Of a DNA stretch of 23,466 bases, positions 17,674 through 23,466 are shown piece after piece. Source of the stretch: Bacteroides sp. (lineage in GTDB: Bacteria > Bacteroidota > Bacteroidia > G022818785); the NCBI GenBank assembly GCA_022818785.1, contig CP063811.1, positions 466,360-489,825 on the forward strand. The letters run 5' to 3'. The translations under genes were made by a program, and so were the position numbers. How positions within the stretch are numbered: the stretch's first letter is position 1; every line of letters starts with the position of its first letter. The notes beneath the pieces are model-generated. The model was given only the letters and a program-made list of their open reading frames with translations, searched no databases and was not told the DNA's origin.

Positions 17674-17687
17674 AATAATATAATTTT

Positions 17688-19109
17688 CTATTTATTCATA
17701 GAAATTAATAATTCTTCATTAGTTTTAGTATTTCTCATATGAGAAATTAAAAATTCAATAGCTTCTTGTGAATGCATATCAGATAAATATTTTCTTAAAA
17801 TCCAAATTTTATATAGATGATCTTTTTTGATTAATAATTCTTCTCTGCGTGTACTAGATGCTGTTATGTCAATAGAAGGATATATTCTTCTATTAGATAA
17901 TTTTCGATCAAGTTGCAATTCCATATTACCAGTACCTTTAAATTCTTCAAATATCACCTCATCCATTTTAGATCCAGTATCTATCATTGCAGAAGCTAAT
18001 ATTGTTAATGATCCTCCATTTTCAATTTTACGTGCTGCACCAAAAAACCTTTTAGGTTTATGTAATGCATTAGCATCAACACCACCTGACAAAATTTTAC
18101 CTGATGCAGGCGTAACAGTATTGTAGGCCCTAGCTAATCTTGTAATAGAATCTAATAATATAGCTATATCATGTCCACATTCAACCATTCTTTTTGCTTT
18201 TTCCAAAACTATATTAGCAACTTTTACATGTCTATCTGCAGGCTCATCAAATGTTGACGCAATAACTTCTGCTCGTACACTTCTTGCCATATCTGTTACT
18301 TCCTCTGGTCTTTCATCAATTAATAAAATTATTAGATATATTTCTGGATGATTAGCAGCAATTGCATTAGCAACATCTTTCAAAAGTTGCGTTTTACCTG
18401 TTTTAGGTTGAGCTACTATCATTCCTCGTTGTCCCTTACCAATAGGTGTGATAAGATCCATAATTCTTGTTGAATATTTTTTTTCACTAGTTATCAAATT
18501 TATTTTTTCATTCGGGAATAATGGTGTTAAATAATCAAAAGAAACACGATTTCTTATTGAATTAATATCACAATTATTAATCAATTCTATTTTAACTAAT
18601 GGAAAATATTTTTCTCCTTCTTTAGGAGGTCTAATATTACCTTTTATTGTATCTCCATTTTTCAATCCAAAAAGTTTTATTTGTGATTGAGAAACATATA
18701 TATCATCAGGAGAATTGAGATAATTATAATCTGAAGATCTTAAAAATCCATAACCGTCAGGCATTATTTCTAATACTCCTTCATTTGTAATGATATTATC
18801 AAAATCAGAAAAATTATCGTTTTTATTCACAATAGTTTTTTTAGAAATATTTTGATCTTTATCTATATAATTAGAATTATCAGAAATTATATTTGTTTTT
18901 GACACATATTTAGAATTGTAATTCTTATTTTTATATTCCTTATTATGCATATTATTGTTTTTATTTTCAATATCCATGTTACATTTTTCTAAAATTTTAG
19001 ATATCAATTCTTTTTTTTTAAGGGAAAAATATTTATTTACACCAAACTTTTTAGCTATTTGTTTTAATTCAGTGACAAATTTATTATTTAATTCTGGTTC
19101 TTTAAACAT
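17688..19109 (-). CDS. rho: Transcription termination factor Rho with N-terminal insertion
   Basis: ELKQIAK (Rho_N), [77 protein letters not shown]. Confidence 0.98.
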   Translation of the reverse strand: MFKEPELNNKFVTELKQIAKKFGVNKYFSLKKKELISKILEKCNMDIENKNNNMHNKEYKNKNYNSKYVSKTNIISDNSNYIDKDQNISKKTIVNKNDNFSDFDNIITNEGVLEIMPDGYGFLRSSDYNYLNSPDDIYVSQSQIKLFGLKNGDTIKGNIRPPKEGEKYFPLVKIELINNCDINSIRNRVSFDYLTPLFPNEKINLITSEKKYSTRIMDLITPIGKGQRGMIVAQPKTGKTQLLKDVANAIAANHPEIYLIILLIDERPEEVTDMARSVRAEVIASTFDEPADRHVKVANIVLEKAKRMVECGHDIAILLDSITRLARAYNTVTPASGKILSGGVDANALHKPKRFFGAARKIENGGSLTILASAMIDTGSKMDEVIFEEFKGTGNMELQLDRKLSNRRIYPSIDITASSTRREELLIKKDHLYKIWILRKYLSDMHSQEAIEFLISHMRNTKTNEELLISMNK

Positions 19110-19261
19110 GAAAAAAATTAAAATTATTTTTTAAGCTATAAAGACTTATTGTGATATTAAACTAGTTTTGAAAAATATATAAAGATAAGATCAACAATAA
19201 AATTATAATATTTTAATATCATACAATAAGTATGATAAGTAAAAAATATTACGCTAAATTA

Positions 19262-19269
19262 CAAATTTA
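19262..19269 (-). promoter_or_regulatory. Putative -7 promoter element (TAAATTTG) for rho, implying a leader of about 150 nt
   Basis: Plus-strand CAAATTTA = minus-strand TAAATTTG (TAnnTTTG consensus) in the ftsB-rho spacer. Confidence 0.4.
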
Positions 19270-19296
19270 ATTATCATAATACAATTAATGATTTAA

Positions 19297-19617
19297 TTAT
19301 ATTTTATTAATAATATATATATGTTCGTTATTTTTTTTCATTAAATATAATTCTCTTGCATTTTTTTCTATTATTTCTTGTTTATTTAAGTCCTCAATAT
19401 TTGTTTTCAATTCATTAATAATATTTAAGTAATATTTTTGCTGATTTATTAACTTTTGATAAGTGTTATAATTTCTTATTTGTATAAGAATATTATTATT
19501 ATCAAATAATAACATCCATATTATAAAACAAAATGTTATGTATTTGTATCTATTATAGATTATATTATTTAATATATACCTAAAATAGATAATCTGCAAT
19601 GTTATATATTTTGACAT
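19297..19617 (-). CDS. ftsB: Septum formation initiator, FtsB/DivIC family
   Basis: Single TM (YITFCFIIWMLLFDNN) followed by a coiled coil and IEKNARELYLMKKNNEHIYII, matching the Bacteroidota EKxARExYxMKxxNE pattern. Confidence 0.82.
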   Translation of the reverse strand: MSKYITLQIIYFRYILNNIIYNRYKYITFCFIIWMLLFDNNNILIQIRNYNTYQKLINQQKYYLNIINELKTNIEDLNKQEIIEKNARELYLMKKNNEHIYIINKI

Positions 19618-20500
19618 TTTTAGATATTTTTAAAATCATATTAGAAATTGTATTAGAAGGACCAGTATTATAAAAATTGTAAAACTTATTTAATATCATA
19701 TTATCAATTATTTTATTCCATAAAGAAGGCATAACCATATGTTTTTTTAGATTTTGTTTTATTATGAAAGGATCAGTATGATACAATCCATCAATATTTT
19801 GATATACTGGACAAATAGGTTTTTTAAAATTAATATTTTCTATGCACTTTATAAAAAGCATATTTTCATATTTCATTAAAGGAGAATGATATGCATTATT
19901 TATATTAAGAGAGACAATATATTTGGAAAAATTATTTTTCTTAATATATTCACAAATATTCATAATTGTATTCTTGATTCCTGATATAACTATTTGTTTA
20001 GGTGTGTTATAATTAGAAATTATTGATTTATTATAACAATATTTCTTTATATATTGGTTAATATATTTTATATCATTATTGTTACTAACAATAACTGATA
20101 CCATTTGTGTATCTAATTGATTATATTTTTTAATATATTGAATGATGTTGCTTCTATTATATACCAAAAACAATCCTTCTTCAAAAGTAATTACATTGCT
20201 AGCCACTAATGATGTTAATTCTCCTAAAGAATGTCCTGCTACTACGTCAGGGTAAATAGAATATTTTTTTTTATATAGGTAAAAAGATATTATAGAATAT
20301 AAAAATATAGCAATTTGAGAATTTATTGTTTTACTTAAATCTTTTAGAGGACTATTAAACATTATATCTGCAATATTATATCCTATAATTTTGTTTGATT
20401 TGTTAAATATTTTTTTAGCAAGGTGATATTTATTATACATTATGTTTCCCATTGAATAATAATGTGTTCCCTGTCCTGGAAATATATAAGCATTTTTCAT
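19580..20500 (-). CDS. fabD: Malonyl-CoA:ACP transacylase
   Basis: AYIFPGQG, AGHSLGE (catalytic Ser), NYNTPKQIVISG, AYHSPLM. Confidence 0.95.
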   Translation of the reverse strand: MKNAYIFPGQGTHYYSMGNIMYNKYHLAKKIFNKSNKIIGYNIADIMFNSPLKDLSKTINSQIAIFLYSIISFYLYKKKYSIYPDVVAGHSLGELTSLVASNVITFEEGLFLVYNRSNIIQYIKKYNQLDTQMVSVIVSNNNDIKYINQYIKKYCYNKSIISNYNTPKQIVISGIKNTIMNICEYIKKNNFSKYIVSLNINNAYHSPLMKYENMLFIKCIENINFKKPICPVYQNIDGLYHTDPFIIKQNLKKHMVMPSLWNKIIDNMILNKFYNFYNTGPSNTISNMILKISKNVKIYNIADYLF

Positions 20501-20568
20501 TTTATTAAATTAAGTATTGTTATTAAATTTTTAAATTTAATATTATACTTTTTAAAAATAATTAAATT

Positions 20569-21186
20569 ATGAAAATATTAATTGTTGCAGCTACTGAAAA
20601 AGAATTAAACAATTTATATAAAGATTTAAATGTTGATTTTCTTGTCACAGGCATAGGACAAACCTTCACTACGTATAAATTAACTACTAAATTGTTTAAT
20701 CATAAATATGATTATATATATAATATTGGTATTGCAGGAAGTTTTAATAAAAATATTAAAATTGGAGATGTTGTTCAAGTAACAAGTGATAGAATCGCTG
20801 ATTTAGGTTCAGAAAATGACTCTTCATTTACAAATATCTTTGATAAGAAATTAGAAAATAAAGATCAATATCCATTTATAAATGGAGTTTTATATAATAA
20901 AAATGTATTTACAGATTGTAAACAAGTAAGCGCTATAACTGTTAATTATGCACATGGAAATACTAATACTATAAATTATATAAGAAATCAATATTCAGTT
21001 GATATAGAGAGTATGGAAGGAGCTTCTGTATTCTATATTTGTTTAAATTTTAAAATACCATTTTACCAGATAAGATGTATTTCTAATTATGTCCAAAAAC
21101 GTAGTGCAAGCAAATGGAACATTGATTTAGCAATAAAAAACTTACACCAATATATAATTAAAAAAATAAAATATGATCAATCTTAA
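20569..21186 (+). CDS. mqnB: Futalosine hydrolase (PNP/MTAN fold)
   Basis: ILIVAATEKE, LVTGIG, NIGIAGSF, ITVN, ESMEGAS, QIRCISNYV..R...WNI..A; overlaps mqnD. Confidence 0.88.
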   Translation: MKILIVAATEKELNNLYKDLNVDFLVTGIGQTFTTYKLTTKLFNHKYDYIYNIGIAGSFNKNIKIGDVVQVTSDRIADLGSENDSSFTNIFDKKLENKDQYPFINGVLYNKNVFTDCKQVSAITVNYAHGNTNTINYIRNQYSVDIESMEGASVFYICLNFKIPFYQIRCISNYVQKRSASKWNIDLAIKNLHQYIIKKIKYDQS

Positions 21187-22018
21187 TATAGGTATATCAC
21201 CTTGTCCCAATGACTTATTTATATTTTATGGATTATTGAATAATAAGATATCTAGTCATAAAATTAAATTAATATTTACAATAAGTGATTTAAATACTCT
21301 TAATATAAAGGTTTTAAATCAAAAATTAGATGTAGCTAAAATTAGTTATAATAACTATTTTCATGTTATGAATGATTATATAGCTTTAAAAGTAGGAAGT
21401 GCTATTAGTTTTAATACAGGTCCATTGCTTTTATCTAATCAATTAATAGATATTCAAAACATTAAAAATAAAATAATAGGTATACCTGGTATCAATACAA
21501 CTGCTAATTTTTTATTATCTTTTGCTATACAAAATAATAACTATAGAAAAGAAATATTATATTCTTATATAGAAAATTATTTATTACAAAATAAAATAAA
21601 TTTAGGTGTTATAATACATGAAAAAAAATTTAATTATAGTAATAAATTGTACAAAGTTATTGATTTAGGAGTTTTTTGGACTCAAAAAACAAATTTACCA
21701 GTACCTTTAGGATGTGTATGTATTAAAAAATCAATTAAATTTGATATAAAAAAAGAGATGCACATATTAATTAAAAAAAGTATACTATATAGTATTAGTA
21801 ATTATGACAAAGTTATAGCATTTATTTGCAGTAAATTTTTAAATTTGACATCGAATGAAATAAAACAATATATAAATACCTATGTAAATCATTCTACTAT
21901 ATATATAAATAAATACGATTATGAAGCAGTATGTAAAATGTTTTGTATAAAGCAAAAAAATATTATAACAAAAATAGATTATAACAAAATATTTTTTGAT
22001 GAAAATAATAGCTGCTAA
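21173..22018 (+). CDS. mqnD: 1,4-dihydroxy-6-naphthoate synthase
   Basis: GISPCPNDLFIF, DVAKIS, GSA....GPLL, IPGINTTANFLL, GVIIHE (catalytic His), DLG.FW...TNLPVPLG, I..YVN. Confidence 0.92.
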   Translation: MINLNIGISPCPNDLFIFYGLLNNKISSHKIKLIFTISDLNTLNIKVLNQKLDVAKISYNNYFHVMNDYIALKVGSAISFNTGPLLLSNQLIDIQNIKNKIIGIPGINTTANFLLSFAIQNNNYRKEILYSYIENYLLQNKINLGVIIHEKKFNYSNKLYKVIDLGVFWTQKTNLPVPLGCVCIKKSIKFDIKKEMHILIKKSILYSISNYDKVIAFICSKFLNLTSNEIKQYINTYVNHSTIYINKYDYEAVCKMFCIKQKNIITKIDYNKIFFDENNSC

Positions 22019-23174
22019 ATATATATTTGATGGATTTAAATTATTAGAAAATAAAGCTTTAATAATTAATAATTATAATGTTATTATAGATATAATCAAT
22101 AATGATGAATATAACCATTATAGAAATTATGTATATTATAATGGTATTATAAGTCCTGGATTTATTAATTCTCATACTCATATGGAATTATCATTTCTTA
22201 AAAAGAAAATTAAAAAAAATATAGGATTAACAAAATTTATAAATGAGGTAATTAGTAAAAAAAAACGACAATATTCTAATAAAGAAAAGTATATTTATAT
22301 GAGAGATGCATATCATGAAATGATACAAGAAGGTATTGTAGCTGTAGTTGATATATCAAATAATACTAGTTCTTTTCTTTTTAAAAAGAAATTTCAAAAA
22401 ATAAATTATCATACATTTTTAGAAATAATAGATATTAATCACAATCACAATAATATTAAATCATATCTAGATATAACTAGATATAATAAATTAAAAATTT
22501 CTATTACACCTCATGCACCATATTCCGTTAAAGAAATAACATTAAAAATGTTGGGCAAAACAAATCAATCTTTATCTTTAAATAAAGATATTTACAATTA
22601 TAATATATTAACAATACATAATCAAGAATCTATACACGAAAATATAATGTTTAAATATGGTAAAGGCAAAATTATTGATATGTATAAAAAATGGAATTAT
22701 AAACTAGATAATTTTAAATGCTACAAATCAAATTCATTATTAACATATTTACCATGGATAATAAATCGTAAAGTTTTGTTAGTACATAATACATATACTA
22801 ATTATAATGATTTTTATTATGCAAATCAATATTCAAATGTATACTGGTGTTTATGTCCTAATGCAAATTTATATATTAATAACAAAATACCTGATAAACA
22901 TATATTTGAAAGCAGCAAAATATTACTTGGAACAGATAGTTATGCATCAAATAATAGTTTAAGTATATTATCTGAAATAAAAACTATACAAAAATTTTAT
23001 CCTAATATTAGTCTTACAACAGCATTGAAATGGTGTACATCTAACCCATCTAGTTTTTTTGAATGGAATCATTTAGGAAAAATCAAAATAGGCTTAACAC
23101 CTGGTATTAATTTAATAACAGATATAATTAATAAAAAATTAACTAATATAAGCAAAATTAAAGTTTTGATATAA
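21999..23174 (+). CDS. Metal-dependent amidohydrolase, probable aminodeoxyfutalosine deaminase
   Basis: PGFINSHTHMELS (HxH), TPHAPYSV, IHNQES, LVHNT, LCPNAN, LGTDSYASN; overlaps mqnD. ATG at 21999 preferred over TTG at 21996. Confidence 0.8.
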   Translation: MKIIAAKYIFDGFKLLENKALIINNYNVIIDIINNDEYNHYRNYVYYNGIISPGFINSHTHMELSFLKKKIKKNIGLTKFINEVISKKKRQYSNKEKYIYMRDAYHEMIQEGIVAVVDISNNTSSFLFKKKFQKINYHTFLEIIDINHNHNNIKSYLDITRYNKLKISITPHAPYSVKEITLKMLGKTNQSLSLNKDIYNYNILTIHNQESIHENIMFKYGKGKIIDMYKKWNYKLDNFKCYKSNSLLTYLPWIINRKVLLVHNTYTNYNDFYYANQYSNVYWCLCPNANLYINNKIPDKHIFESSKILLGTDSYASNNSLSILSEIKTIQKFYPNISLTTALKWCTSNPSSFFEWNHLGKIKIGLTPGINLITDIINKKLTNISKIKVLI

Positions 23175-23217
23175 AATATTTATAGTAATTAACATTACAT
23201 AATAAAATACAATTTTA

Positions 23218-23225
23218 TATATTTG
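23218..23225 (+). promoter_or_regulatory. Putative -7 promoter element (TATATTTG) for the downstream flippase gene
   Basis: Exact TAnnTTTG match 31 nt upstream of the proposed TTG start at 23257. Confidence 0.4.
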
Positions 23226-23256
23226 ATTATTAATTTATTATCAAAATAATAGTAAT

Positions 23257-23466
23257 TTGCTTATTTATAGAGATTTACTCAAACAAACCAGCCTATATAT
23301 AATTTGTTCTATAATTTCACGGGTTGCAATATTCATGTTAACTCCTCTTTATACTAGAGTATTTTCTAAAGAAATGTATGGGGTTTTTACAGAAATTTAT
23401 AGTTGGATATCAATTATAAATGTAATACTAATATTTGGTATGGAAACAGCATATTTTAGATTTATA
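23257..23466 (+). CDS. Polysaccharide biosynthesis / Wzx-MATE-like oligosaccharide flippase, N-terminal part (runs off window end)
   Basis: Not in ORF track. From TTG 23257: (M)LIYRDLLKQTSLYIICSIISRVAIFMLTPLYTRVFSKEMYGVFTEIYSWISIINVILIFGMETAYFRFI, matching the Bacteroidota pattern QTxxYG..R...L.PLYTR...YG....Y......GMETAxFRF. Confidence 0.82.
   Translation, partial: MLIYRDLLKQTSLYIICSIISRVAIFMLTPLYTRVFSKEMYGVFTEIYSWISIINVILIFGMETAYFRFI

Noticed and set aside
15952-18126. Small plus-strand ORFs 15952-16137, 16630-16821 and 17827-18126 (also 6538-6726 and 7933-8136)
   Set aside because: All lie antisense within well-supported genes.
1-23466. Possible UGA-to-Trp recoding, common in very AT-rich symbionts
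   Set aside because: Long conserved ORFs are open under the standard code, the Trp codons I checked are TGG, and TGA ends relA, glyA and aspC at expected positions.

Overview
Gene-dense, extremely AT-rich (roughly 20% GC by eye) window from what looks like a strongly reduced Bacteroidota endosymbiont chromosome, read with the standard bacterial code. It holds shuffled housekeeping genes: partial atpD, rel, carA, rimM, rpsP, mltG, psd, glyA, aroE, obgE, adk, lysC, a GluP/FucP sugar transporter, cysS, an aspartate aminotransferase, a degenerate PGI/PMI-like SIS protein, ybeY, pssA, rho, ftsB, fabD and a partial Wzx/MATE-like flippase. There are also three tRNAs (Ser-TGA, Arg-ACG, Arg-TCT). I see no mobile elements, CRISPR arrays or defence systems. 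The main points of interest are: (1) an mqnB-mqnD-amidohydrolase futalosine menaquinone operon, unexpected for the known Flavobacteriales insect symbionts; (2) lysC split by a one-base frameshift inside an A11 run, which may be rescued by slippage or may be an assembly error; (3) an intact ORF for a PGI/PMI homologue with its catalytic motifs erased; (4) substitutions of near-invariant residues in essential enzymes (CysRS Zn ligand, ObgE G3 Asp); (5) TT-centred palindromes in three divergent intergenic regions. All family assignments come from motif recognition by eye, not database searches. I found no clearly new multi-gene system.
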